64,000 bases of DNA, from the NCBI GenBank assembly GCA_934096275.1, contig CAKOLK010000003.1, positions 28,366 through 92,365 on the forward strand, written 5' to 3'. Position numbers and translations under genes: made by a program. The DNA comes from an uncultured Bacilli bacterium (GTDB lineage: Bacteria; Bacillota_I; Bacilli_A; RF39; UBA660). Below are positions 20,444-30,753 of this stretch, one piece after another; the stretch's first letter is position 1, and every line of letters begins with the position of its first letter. The notes beneath the pieces are model-generated. The model did not search any database, was not told where the DNA came from, and saw nothing but the letters and a program-made list of their open reading frames with translations.

Positions 20444-21023
20444 TTGTGAATTCAAAATAAGTGCTGTTCGCCGTAGCCAATACCCCGAAGACAATCTACC
20501 AGAATTCATGCTTGTAGGAAGAAGCAACGTTGGTAAAAGTAGCTTTATCAACATGCTTGTTAATAACAAAAAAATGGCAAGAGTATCAAACACACCAGGA
20601 AAAACAAAAAATCTAAACTTCTTCTTAGTAAACAATGACTTCTTTTTAGTGGACGTTCCAGGATATGGATACGCAAGCGTTAGTAAAAAAGAACAAAGAA
20701 AATTTGGTCTTATGATCGAAGAATACCTAGAAAAAAGAGAAAACCTAAAAAGAACTTTCATGCTCGTAGACATAAGACATAAACCATCAAATGACGATGT
20801 TTTAATGTACAAGTTCTTAAAATATTACAACGTTCCAGTAACAATAATAGCTACTAAAATAGACAAACTACCTAAATCAAAACTTCCAAAAGCTGAAGAA
20901 TTAGTAATAAAAACACTCCAGTTAGAAAATACAGACAAATTAATTCTAATATCAAACACTACAAAACAAGGAAGAGATTTAGTATTAAATGAAATCGAAG
21001 ACCTAATATCAGAAACATTATAG
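20430..21023 (+). CDS. engB: ribosome biogenesis GTPase YihA/EngB
   Basis: GRSNVGKSSFIN; TPGKT. Confidence 0.9.
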   Translation: MKITSCEFKISAVRRSQYPEDNLPEFMLVGRSNVGKSSFINMLVNNKKMARVSNTPGKTKNLNFFLVNNDFFLVDVPGYGYASVSKKEQRKFGLMIEEYLEKRENLKRTFMLVDIRHKPSNDDVLMYKFLKYYNVPVTIIATKIDKLPKSKLPKAEELVIKTLQLENTDKLILISNTTKQGRDLVLNEIEDLISETL

Positions 21024-21055
21024 GTCTTTTTTCATACAATATTCTAGGTGTTTAT

Positions 21056-21520
21056 ATGAAAATAATTACTAATAAAGATGATTTAAATATAATTATCTAT
21101 AAAAATGAAATAGACTGTGATCTAAAACAAAAAGATCTATTAGAAAAATACATAAAAAAAATAATACTAAATATTAAAAGAAAAAGTATTATAAACATAA
21201 ATGGTTTCTATAAAATAAATGTATACCATAACGAAAAGTTTGGTATAATCTTAGACATATTAAAAGAAGACGAACTAGATTTCTTCAAAGACTTCTTAGA
21301 CTTTAAAGTAATAGTAAACTACAACAGTGATATTTACTTTTCATTCGATGATTACTTCATAATTAATAATAAAAACATATACTATAATGATAAGAAATAT
21401 TATATAAACATTAAAAATCTAAAACAAAAAGAAATATTAAAATTATCAGAGTTTGCAAAAATAATATATGGAGAACAACTCGAAGAAATCAAATCAAAAC
21501 TAAAACTTGTATTAGCGTAA
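21056..21520 (+). CDS. hypothetical protein
   Basis: ORF with no recognised family. Confidence 0.35.
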   Translation: MKIITNKDDLNIIIYKNEIDCDLKQKDLLEKYIKKIILNIKRKSIININGFYKINVYHNEKFGIILDILKEDELDFFKDFLDFKVIVNYNSDIYFSFDDYFIINNKNIYYNDKKYYINIKNLKQKEILKLSEFAKIIYGEQLEEIKSKLKLVLA

Positions 21521-21555
21521 TTTATATGTTATTATACTAAGAAAGAAGTGATAAT

Positions 21556-22260
21556 ATGTTTAAGTTTAATGAAGAAAAAATAAATAATTTAACAAGTGAA
21601 AAACTACAAAATAAAATGGAAACATTTAAAAATAAAATGGAAGAAACATTTGATAATAAAGATTTAAAATATATGAATGATAATCTAGAAACACTAAGAA
21701 TCTTTATATTAAAATCAAAACTATTTCAATATCCATATAAAGCAATGTATAACAATTTATCAAATGAATTAATGATTCTAGAAGAAGATGATACAATATA
21801 CCATGAACTATTACATCTATCATGTAATAATAGAAAAAGTAACAACACCATAAGAGGTTTTGCTCACTATACAAAAAAACAAAAAAACATCTTATCATTT
21901 GGTACTGGATTAGATGAAGTATATACTGAGATATTAGCAAACAGATTATTTAATAAAGAAATAAATGCAACAACTACAAAAACAGTAGAACTAGTATTAC
22001 TATTAGAACAATTAATAGATGATTTACCATCACTATATCTTAATTCAGACTTATATGAATTAGTTTTAGAACTAAGTAAATACACAAGTCTAAATGAATC
22101 ATTAGAGTTCATATACAACATTGATAGACTATATACATTAGAACAAAATATAAAAAATAATGATAAATACAATGAAATATATAGTAAAACACTATACTTC
22201 TTAAAACAATACCAATATAAAAGAAACTATCAAGAACAAAAGAAAAAAGTCCTAAAATAA
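21556..22260 (+). CDS. HExxH-motif hypothetical protein, tandem paralog 1
   Basis: IYHELLHLSCNN. Shares blocks with the next gene: FKNKMEETFD, YTEILANRLF, KTVELVLLLEQLIDDLPSLYLNSDLYELV, YNIDRLY. Confidence 0.5.
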   Translation: MFKFNEEKINNLTSEKLQNKMETFKNKMEETFDNKDLKYMNDNLETLRIFILKSKLFQYPYKAMYNNLSNELMILEEDDTIYHELLHLSCNNRKSNNTIRGFAHYTKKQKNILSFGTGLDEVYTEILANRLFNKEINATTTKTVELVLLLEQLIDDLPSLYLNSDLYELVLELSKYTSLNESLEFIYNIDRLYTLEQNIKNNDKYNEIYSKTLYFLKQYQYKRNYQEQKKKVLK

Positions 22261-22349
22261 AGGAATACTTTTGTTCTTTTTATATACATAAAACTTGTAA
22301 TAAAAATAATTATATGTTATTATATTGTGCAAACAGGGAGGGTATTCAT

Positions 22350-23144
22350 ATGCTTAAAAAAGATCAAGAAAAAATAAAATCACAAGAAGAAAAATTACAA
22401 GAACAATTAGAAATATATCAAAAAACATTAGAAGAAATTCTTGGGGGATCAATTCAATATGAGAATATAGACAAAAAAATAGAAATATTTAAGAATAAAA
22501 TGGAAGAAACTTTTGACAAAGAAGATTTGAAAAATATGAATGAAAATCTAAAAACATTAAAAATTCATATATGTAAACCATATTTATCAAAAATATTGCA
22601 ATATTTTACAAAAATGAAAGGATACTACTTACCAGAAGATAACACAATAGTACTTCTTGAAGAAGGCAATGTAATATATCATGAGTCATTACACTTATCA
22701 TGTAATACTGGAAAAAGTGAAAAAAACATTATTGGATTTGATCGCTATACAAACAAAGATAAAAAAATATTATTCTTTGGTAAAGGATTAAACGAAATAT
22801 ATACTGAAATACTAGCAAATAGATTATTTGATAAAGAAATAAAAATCATCACTAATAAAACAGTAGAACTAGTATTACAATTAGAACAATTAATAGATGA
22901 TTTACCATCTCTATACCTTAATTCAGATTTATATGAATTAGTTATAAAACTAAGTGAATATACAGACATAAATGAAGCACTTGATTTTGTATACAATATT
23001 GATAGATTATATGAAATAGAAACTAAAAAGAATGTTAAAAATCGTATCGAAAGATATGTTTCAGTATATCATAAAACACTACGTTTCTTAGTACAATGCC
23101 AATCTAAAAAAGAAAAACAAGAAAAGAAGAAAAAAACAAAATAA
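22350..23144 (+). CDS. HExxH-motif hypothetical protein, tandem paralog 2
   Basis: RBS gggaggg precedes MLKKDQEK. IYHESLHLSCN plus the same conserved blocks. Confidence 0.5.
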   Translation: MLKKDQEKIKSQEEKLQEQLEIYQKTLEEILGGSIQYENIDKKIEIFKNKMEETFDKEDLKNMNENLKTLKIHICKPYLSKILQYFTKMKGYYLPEDNTIVLLEEGNVIYHESLHLSCNTGKSEKNIIGFDRYTNKDKKILFFGKGLNEIYTEILANRLFDKEIKIITNKTVELVLQLEQLIDDLPSLYLNSDLYELVIKLSEYTDINEALDFVYNIDRLYEIETKKNVKNRIERYVSVYHKTLRFLVQCQSKKEKQEKKKKTK

Positions 23145-23165
23145 AAGAGCAATTTTGCTCTTTTT

Positions 23166-23564
23166 TTACTTAGTCTTTTTTAAAACTTTATCTTTCTTAG
23201 AAAAACATAAACAAGTATAAAGAATTAAAAATACAAAACCTACAAATACAATTTTAGAATAATAAAGCATATAAACATTGTAAACAACATCACTAAAATA
23301 ATGATTTGCTAAAAGATATACACTAGTAAGAAAAACTAAATATATAATAGGACATACAATCGAAGCCTTAAAATCTTTCTTAATAAATAAGATTGTTAAA
23401 CCAATACCACCAACAACTATTAGAATAATACAAGGTAATGCTAAAGTGAAAAGTTCACCGAAGTAGAAGAAACTATCAGCAGTTTTACAAGCAACATATT
23501 GCATAATAGTTGTTAAAACTAAACTAATATAAAACAAGATTAAATATACTTTTTTATTCATCAT
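23166..23564 (-). CDS. hypothetical multi-pass membrane protein
   Basis: Three to four TM helices; start MMNKKVY with RBS aaggatgg. Confidence 0.4.
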   Translation of the reverse strand: MMNKKVYLILFYISLVLTTIMQYVACKTADSFFYFGELFTLALPCIILIVVGGIGLTILFIKKDFKASIVCPIIYLVFLTSVYLLANHYFSDVVYNVYMLYYSKIVFVGFVFLILYTCLCFSKKDKVLKKTK

Positions 23565-24141
23565 ACTTAACACCATCCTTTGAAGATATCTCAATCAAAT
23601 TAGAAATTATTGCAAGAATAGAGCTTCTATTTAAGTTGTACTCATAGTAAATCATATTAGGTTCAGCAATATCTCTAAAAAACTTATCTTTTAAGTTAAT
23701 TTCATATCCAAAATAATTATTTTGCATTATTTCATCAAATTGAACAGAACCACCTAAAAATAATGATTTAAAATTATACTTTTCAATTACATCATCACTT
23801 AATTTACATGCATTCTTAGTATCAGCATAAAATGAAGTTAAAAATTTAATTTTTTCATCATCATTAAAACCTTGTTTAAAATAATCACTATACTTAACAT
23901 GCCCAGTAAAATTAGTTTTTTCATAATAAGAAATCAAATTATTAATCGAAGCAGTACAAGCATTCTTTTCCATAGTCGACAATTTTTGCTTATATGAAAT
24001 AAGTCTTTTATTAAACTCATCATTATCACTAATATAAAAACTGTCATTATAATTTAAACCATTATAAACAATAAGACCAATTACCCCTAAAACATAAAAT
24101 ACAAAAGCCCCCAATACCATTAATTTAACTTTTTCTTTCAA
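23554..24141 (-). CDS. hypothetical protein with N-terminal TM anchor
   Basis: ORF overlapping the downstream membrane gene; likely co-transcribed with it. Confidence 0.4.
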   Translation of the reverse strand: MKEKVKLMVLGAFVFYVLGVIGLIVYNGLNYNDSFYISDNDEFNKRLISYKQKLSTMEKNACTASINNLISYYEKTNFTGHVKYSDYFKQGFNDDEKIKFLTSFYADTKNACKLSDDVIEKYNFKSLFLGGSVQFDEIMQNNYFGYEINLKDKFFRDIAEPNMIYYEYNLNRSSILAIISNLIEISSKDGVKYDE

Positions 24142-24278
24142 AATAAACTCCTCCTATCATATAAATAATAACATAATAAAATTATTAAGTCATCACTTTA
24201 TGACAAAAAAACACATGTTTTATAGTTTTTTACATTTTTAAATGCTATAATAAATTAAGTATTAAGGAAGTGATATAA

Positions 24279-25553
24279 ATGGTTTTACCCGCAGATAGTT
24301 ACACAGTAATGAATAAAAGTTTAATAACAGATATAGATAAAAAAACACTAATAGATTTATACCAACCAATAATAGGCAATAAAGCAGTATCACTATACTT
24401 CACACTATTAAATGATTTAAATAAACAAGAAATAATATCAACACCAAATACCCATCATCATTTACTAAGTATTATGCAAATGTCTCTTGAAGAAATAGTA
24501 TCATCACGTGAAAAACTAGAAGCCATTGGACTACTTAGAACATATCTAAAAAAAGATAATATTAATAACTATGTTTATATACTATATTCACCATTACAAC
24601 CAAATGAATTCTTAAATCATCCAATACTAAACGTTGTTTTATACAATAACTTAGGAAAAAAAGAATATCAAAAAATATTAGAAACATATAAAACACCAAG
24701 AATAACTTTAAAAGACTACAAAGAAATATCATTAAAGTTTGATGAAGTATTCTCAAGTGTACCAGTATCTAATATAATACCAAATGAAGATATAATATCT
24801 AAAAATAAAACAGAAATAACATTTAAAAATGCAATAGATTTTGAACTATTAATATCTGGTATAAATAGTAATATGATAAATGAAAAGATATTCACAAAAG
24901 ATATAAGAGAACTAATTAATAATTTATCATTTATTTATAATATAGATGTACTAACTATGCAAAATCTAATTAAAACAAGTATTACTGAAAAAGGTACAAT
25001 AGATAAAGAAACTCTAAGAAAAAGTGCTAGAAACTTTTATCAATTTGAAAACAGTGGTAATCTTCCTACATTAATCTATTCAAAACAACCAGAACATTTA
25101 AAAAATCCAACTGGAGATGTATCTAATAAAGCCAAAATGATTTATACTTTTGAAAATACTAATCCATATCAATTTATAAAGAGTAAATATAAAGATGGAA
25201 AAGTAATAAAAAAAGATTTACTATTAATCGAAGAACTTTTAATAGATTTAAAACTAACCCCTGGAGTAGTTAATGTTTTACTTGACTATGTATTAAGAGT
25301 AAACAATAAAAAACTAAATAAAGCATATGTAGAAACAATTGCTAGTCATTGGAAAAGATTAGGTATAGAAACAGTAGAAGAAGCAATGAATATATGCATA
25401 AAAGAACATAAAAAGACTATTAAGAAAGTACCTAATACAAACACTAAAACAAAAGAATCAGTACCAGAATGGTTTAATGAACAAATAAATAAAGATGAAT
25501 TAAAAGAACAAGAAGAACAAGAATTAAAAGATTTATTAAAACAATACTCTTGA
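24279..25553 (+). CDS. replication initiation/membrane attachment protein (DnaB/DnaD-like, DnaD C-terminal domain)
   Basis: The C-terminal block LLIEELLIDLKLTPGVVNVLLDYVLRVNNKKLNKAYVETIASHWKRLGIETVEEA resembles a DnaD/DnaB_2 domain. Confidence 0.5.
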   Translation: MVLPADSYTVMNKSLITDIDKKTLIDLYQPIIGNKAVSLYFTLLNDLNKQEIISTPNTHHHLLSIMQMSLEEIVSSREKLEAIGLLRTYLKKDNINNYVYILYSPLQPNEFLNHPILNVVLYNNLGKKEYQKILETYKTPRITLKDYKEISLKFDEVFSSVPVSNIIPNEDIISKNKTEITFKNAIDFELLISGINSNMINEKIFTKDIRELINNLSFIYNIDVLTMQNLIKTSITEKGTIDKETLRKSARNFYQFENSGNLPTLIYSKQPEHLKNPTGDVSNKAKMIYTFENTNPYQFIKSKYKDGKVIKKDLLLIEELLIDLKLTPGVVNVLLDYVLRVNNKKLNKAYVETIASHWKRLGIETVEEAMNICIKEHKKTIKKVPNTNTKTKESVPEWFNEQINKDELKEQEEQELKDLLKQYS

Positions 25554-25608
25554 AAAACTTCCAGAAATAGTATAAAATTAACTTATAATAAACTATGGAG
25601 GCAAAACT

Positions 25609-27832
25609 ATGAAAAACAAATATTCGTATGGGGGGGGGGGAAAAAAATTCTAGTAAAATAAACCCTTTATTTAAAGATATAAAAGAATATAATAAATATC
25701 TATTATCATTAATAGGTATTTTTGTACTATTACTTTCAGGTATTATTTCTTATAATTATACAAATACTTCTTATGCAAAATGGAGTAGTAGTGTAGAATC
25801 TAAAAATATTATTAAATTGCATGTTAAATCTAATTTAGATGAAAGTGGGGCAAATGAACCTAAAATAACATCAAACATGATACCGGTATATTATGATGAA
25901 ACAAATAGTGTATGGAGAAAAGCAGACGTTAAAAATAGCAAAGAACAATACAAATGGTATGATTATAATAACAAGATGTGGGCAAATGCAATTACTACCT
26001 TTCCTTATGAAGAAAAAGTTACTGACACTATTAAAAAAAATATTAATGTAATGCCATATTCACTTACATCTGAGTCAAGTAATAATGCAAATACTGCGGT
26101 AAATTCACAATACAAAATGTCATTTACTACAACTAAAGCTAGTACCTTTTCTTTTGATTACAGTATGCTAAAAGGTACGAAAACATCAAAATTTCAAGTA
26201 ACAATAAACGGTACTACTGAAGTAAACAAAGACTTTTCAGGTAATTATAGTGATACTGTTTTTGGAGGAACTTATACCGACTCATTCTCTAAAAATCTTG
26301 AAGCAAATAAGAAATATACAGTTATCATAAATGCAGAAGTTACATCATCTAATGCAGGTGCAGATAATAGTATTACAGTGTCAAATATAAATTTAACTAA
26401 TGAATATACAAATTTTTCATATGAAAATAGTGGTTCAAAATTTACAGTGAATTATTATCTGAGCCATTCATATGCACTTGATCAAGTCACTGGTAAATAC
26501 GTATTAGATTTAATCAATACCTCGTCAGAATATTTGAAAGATAGTTATATATGTCCCAATACTACTTCAAATATTTGTGATGAAATATATAAAATAGTTG
26601 ATATAACTTATGGACACATGTGGTCTGCAGAGGTAACTGATGCAACAATAAATAGCTATGTATCATATACATCTAAAAATATAGAAAATGAATTCTCAAA
26701 AAAAGAAATTGGTGAAGAAATACCATTAGATAAAATAAGCACAATGTGGGTCTGGATACCAAGGTATACATATACTTATCTTAATACAAATACACCACAA
26801 GAAATAAGCATAAAGTTTGAAAAAGGAACATCAAGTAGTGGTACAATAAAATGCGTTGATAACGTAACATATACTGGTACAACTTCAGAAACATGTACTG
26901 ATACAACAAATTCATCATTAAAAACAGGAATTTCCACATATACGCATCCAGCATTTACATTTGGGGAAGATGAATTAACAGGAATATGGGTAGGCAAATT
27001 TACTAATAGTAGTTACATAATAAAAAAACCAGATGAAATAGTAGAAAATAATATAATAATAAAACCAAATGAAACATTTTTAAAATTAAGTGCATCAGAG
27101 GCGTTTAAAACAATAAGGACAATGGAAAAAACAAATAATATGTATAAGTTTAATCAAAAAAATGATACCATGTTTAATTGGAATGGGGAACTTTCATATG
27201 ATTCGAACAACATAGATACACACATGATGAAAAATATGGAATGGGGAGCAGTAGCATATTTTTCGCATTCTAAATATGGTAGATGTACAAATAGTATTTG
27301 TGAAGAAATAACAATTAATAATTGCACTGAAGCTATAACTGGTATTGGTGGTAATACAGTTGATGCAAACTACAGTTCATCAGCGTGTACAACCACTGAA
27401 AATAAATACAATGGTTCAAAAGGAAAAAAAGCAAGTACTACAGGAAATATATATGGAATATATGATATGAGTGGCAACGATACACTCGTAATGGGTAATG
27501 TAACCAGTTCATCAAATCAATTTCAACCATCAAAAGCAGGAAATTGGAATACAACAACATATCCTTTAGCAAAATACTATGATAATTATTCAAATGGAGG
27601 ATCAAGCGATACTTATCAACGTGGAAAATTAGGAGATGCAACAGTTGAAATGGCTCCAACACGAGCATCGAGTGATAATTGGTATTCAGATTATACTATT
27701 TTTCCATATTATACAGAATCATGGTTTATTCGAGGAGGAAGCTATGTTAGTGACAGTGATGCAGGTATTTTTGCATTTGAAAGTGGTAATGGTGATGACA
27801 AAACTTCTAGATCAATATTAGTTATAAAATAG
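25609..27832 (+). CDS. phase-variable surface protein family member B; RBS-linked ATG currently out of frame
   Basis: ggaggcaaaactATG at 25609. G11 tract at 25630-25640; 10 or 13 G would fuse the MKNKYSYGGG leader to the 734-aa ORF. A TM helix follows the leader. Confidence 0.7.
25630..25640 (+). repeat. poly-G (G11) phase-variation tract
   Basis: 11 consecutive G. Confidence 0.8.
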
Positions 27833-27903
27833 CCTTTTGCATAAAATAAATAATCATCTAAAAAATGGTTAAGTTTTTTAATAAAAACCCATAAAAAATA
27901 ACT

Positions 27904-27963
27904 TTTTCGTGCATTTTGTACGAAAAAACCAGTAAAAATGCGTACGTTTTGTACGAAAATTAC
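27904..27963. promoter_or_regulatory. two direct copies of the near-palindromic 13-mer TTTTGTACGAAAA, spaced 33 bp apart
   Basis: Copies at 27914-27926 and 27947-27959, each preceded by TGCG/TGCA. Confidence 0.4.
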
Positions 27964-28053
27964 TAAAAAAGCACTTTATATAAAACAATAAAAGACAAAA
28001 GTATCATCTAATTTACATTATGATGATACTTTTATTTTAAAATCTTCCAACTA

Positions 28054-28089
28054 TTATTGATAAAATATCTTATAAATGATAAAATATCT
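28054..28089 (+). promoter_or_regulatory. tandem direct repeat GATAAAATATCTTATA x2 immediately upstream of the ireB RBS
   Basis: Two 16-bp copies separated by 5 bp. Confidence 0.4.
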
Positions 28090-28116
28090 TATAGATATTT
28101 CTAAAGGAGTGATAGT

Positions 28117-28365
28117 ATGGAAGACAAGACTATGGTTTTTAATATTGACGATTTAAATAACTACATGGTCACTGAAACATTACTTAATGTAAAAAACAAT
28201 CTTGAAGAAAAAGGATACAAAGGAATAGACCAAATAGTAGGCTATCTTCTTACGGGAGATGAAACATATATTTCTAATTATAAAGATTCAAGAAAAAAAA
28301 TACAAAGTATAGAACGTGAAATAATCATAAAGACACTTGTTAAAAACTATCTAAGAGATTTATGA
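28117..28365 (+). CDS. ireB: IreB family regulatory phosphoprotein (UPF0297)
   Basis: GYLLTGDETYISNY, about 82 aa, followed by ruvX. Confidence 0.8.
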   Translation: MEDKTMVFNIDDLNNYMVTETLLNVKNNLEEKGYKGIDQIVGYLLTGDETYISNYKDSRKKIQSIEREIIIKTLVKNYLRDL

Positions 28366-28775
28366 GATATTTAGGACTAGACTTAGGCAAAAAATCATTA
28401 GGAATATCTTTATCAGATAAACTTGGTTTAATTGCATCATTTTATAAAAATATTAAAAGTGATGATGAAGAAGAGTTAATCGAAGAAATACTAAAAATAA
28501 TTGAAAAAGAACATGTTGATGAAATAGTACTAGGACTACCTAAAAACATGAATGGTTCCTTAGGATTTCGTTGCGATGAAACAATAGAGTTTAAAGAAAA
28601 ATTAGAACAAAAAACAAATAAAAAAGTTCATCTTGAAGACGAAAGACTAACTACTAAAGTAGCACAACAAGTACTAATAAATGCAGATGTGTCAAGAAAA
28701 AAAAGAAAAAAAGTAATTGATGGAGTATCCGCCGTAGTGATACTACAATCGTTTTTAGATAAGGGAGGAAAATAA
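28362..28775 (+). CDS. ruvX: YqgF/RuvX Holliday-junction resolvase-like pre-16S rRNA nuclease
   Basis: MRYLGLDLGKKSLGISLSD...GLPKNMNGS. Confidence 0.9.
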   Translation: MRYLGLDLGKKSLGISLSDKLGLIASFYKNIKSDDEEELIEEILKIIEKEHVDEIVLGLPKNMNGSLGFRCDETIEFKEKLEQKTNKKVHLEDERLTTKVAQQVLINADVSRKKRKKVIDGVSAVVILQSFLDKGGK

Positions 28776-28776
28776 T

Positions 28777-29076
28777 ATGGAAGAAAACAAAAATGAAGAA
28801 TTAAGAGAAGATATGTTTATAGGATTCAATGAAAAAGGAGAACAAAAAACATTTTACAAACTTTTAGAATTTGATTCAAATGAAACAGGTAAACACTATC
28901 TTGCTTACACTGACAACGAAACAGATGAAGAAGGAAACTTAAAAGCATATGGCTCAATAGTGATCGAAGAAGGAGATCATACAAAACTTGAACCAATTAC
29001 AACTGAAAAAGAATGGAAAGTAATTGAAATGGCTCTTAAAGTTTTACAAGAAGAAGTGACAGATAAAAATGAATAG
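28777..29076 (+). CDS. DUF1292 protein (YrzB-like)
   Basis: FYKLLEFD...HYLAY; conserved position after ruvX. Confidence 0.7.
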   Translation: MEENKNEELREDMFIGFNEKGEQKTFYKLLEFDSNETGKHYLAYTDNETDEEGNLKAYGSIVIEEGDHTKLEPITTEKEWKVIEMALKVLQEEVTDKNE

Positions 29077-30154
29077 TAAGAATAAAAAGAAAAAAGTAAA
29101 GTTTAAAAAAGGCTTCAAAATCGGAGTCTTAGTCTTTTTACTTGTAATAATCATATTATCAACTACTATATACTTATTAACACCAGTATCAAGTAGTACT
29201 AAAAAAGAAATAATAACAATTGAAAGTGGTACATCAACTAAAGAAATCGCAACAATTCTAAAAAATAAAAAGCTTATTAAAAGTAAAACATTCTTTACAA
29301 TATACTCTAAAATAAAAAAAGCAAATTACTATGCAGCATCATATGAAATAAGTCCTAATATGTCACTTAATGAAATTATAAATGAATTACAAACAAATGG
29401 CACTAATATCAATGAAGTTACAATAACTATAAAAGAAGGACAAAATATGAGACAAATTGCTAAACTAATATCAGAAAATACTAGTATTAAATATGATGAT
29501 ATAATTAAAAAAACAAAAGAAAAAAAATACTTAGATAAATTAATTGATAAATATTGGTTTATTGAAAAAGATATAAAAAATGATAATCTTTACTATAATC
29601 TTGAAGGATATCTATTCCCAGATACATACCAAATCGATAAAAAAGAAACCAATATTGAAAATGTTTTTGAAGTCCTATTAAATCAAATGGACCAAGTATT
29701 AAGTGAATATAAGAAAGATATTGAAAAATCTAACTACAGCATTCACAAACTACTTACATTAGCATCAGTTACACAAAGCGAAGGTTATAATGAAGACGAC
29801 TTTAAAAATATAGCAAGTGTTTTTTATAATAGAATGAAAGATGATATGCCTTTAGGTAGTTGTGTAACATCATACTATGGTGTTAAAAAAGAAATGACTG
29901 AAGCACTAACTAATTCAGACATTAATAATCAAAATGCCTACAACACACGCGGTAACAATCCAGCATTATTCCCAATTGGACCAATATCCGCTCCAGGTAA
30001 GAAAGCAATCGAAGCAGTAGTAAAACCAATTAAAACAAATTACTATTACTTTGTTTCAGACAAAAATCATAAATTATATTTTACAAAAACACTAAAAGAA
30101 CATGAGCAAACAATAAATAAATTAGAACAAGAAGGATTGTGGTTACAATGGTAG
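29069..30154 (+). CDS. mltG: endolytic murein transglycosylase MltG (YceG-like)
   Basis: N-terminal TM; conserved order after ruvX and DUF1292, followed by the O-methyltransferase and U32 peptidases. Confidence 0.8.
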   Translation: MNSKNKKKKVKFKKGFKIGVLVFLLVIIILSTTIYLLTPVSSSTKKEIITIESGTSTKEIATILKNKKLIKSKTFFTIYSKIKKANYYAASYEISPNMSLNEIINELQTNGTNINEVTITIKEGQNMRQIAKLISENTSIKYDDIIKKTKEKKYLDKLIDKYWFIEKDIKNDNLYYNLEGYLFPDTYQIDKKETNIENVFEVLLNQMDQVLSEYKKDIEKSNYSIHKLLTLASVTQSEGYNEDDFKNIASVFYNRMKDDMPLGSCVTSYYGVKKEMTEALTNSDINNQNAYNTRGNNPALFPIGPISAPGKKAIEAVVKPIKTNYYYFVSDKNHKLYFTKTLKEHEQTINKLEQEGLWLQW

Positions 30155-30747
30155 AAAAAACATACAATGAAATTAAAACAATAAAAGAGTACGCATTAGT
30201 AAATAAAGTACCAATTATGGTAGATGATAGCATTGACTTTATAATATCAAAAATACATCAAAAAAGAGTAAGAAAAGTACTTGAAATAGGTACTGCAATC
30301 GGATACTCTGCAATTATGATGGCACTATCATCACCAAATATTACAATAACATCAATAGAAAAAGACAAAGATAGATACCTTGAAGCAGTAAAAAATATTA
30401 AAAAGTTTAATCTTGAAGATAGGATAACTCTAATATATAACGACGCCCTTGAAGTATCACTAAAAGAAAAATACGATCTTATTTTAATTGATGCTGCTAA
30501 AAGTAAAAACCTAGATTTCTTCAACAAATTCGAAAAAAATCTAGAACCAAATGGAATAATAATAACAGATAACTTAAGCTTCCATGGCTACGTAGAACAA
30601 GAACCATCACAAATAAAAAATAGAAACATCAGAGCCTTAGTTAGAAAAATAAGAAACTACATAGACTTTTTAGAAAATAATCTTAAATATAAAACAACAT
30701 TCTATGAAATCGGAGATGGACTATCAGTTACAGAAAAAAGGATGTGA
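30139..30747 (+). CDS. class I SAM-dependent O-methyltransferase (YrrM-like)
   Basis: VLEIGTAIGYSAIMMA SAM-binding motif. Confidence 0.8.
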   Translation: MVTMVEKTYNEIKTIKEYALVNKVPIMVDDSIDFIISKIHQKRVRKVLEIGTAIGYSAIMMALSSPNITITSIEKDKDRYLEAVKNIKKFNLEDRITLIYNDALEVSLKEKYDLILIDAAKSKNLDFFNKFEKNLEPNGIIITDNLSFHGYVEQEPSQIKNRNIRALVRKIRNYIDFLENNLKYKTTFYEIGDGLSVTEKRM

Positions 30748-30753
30748 TGTAAT

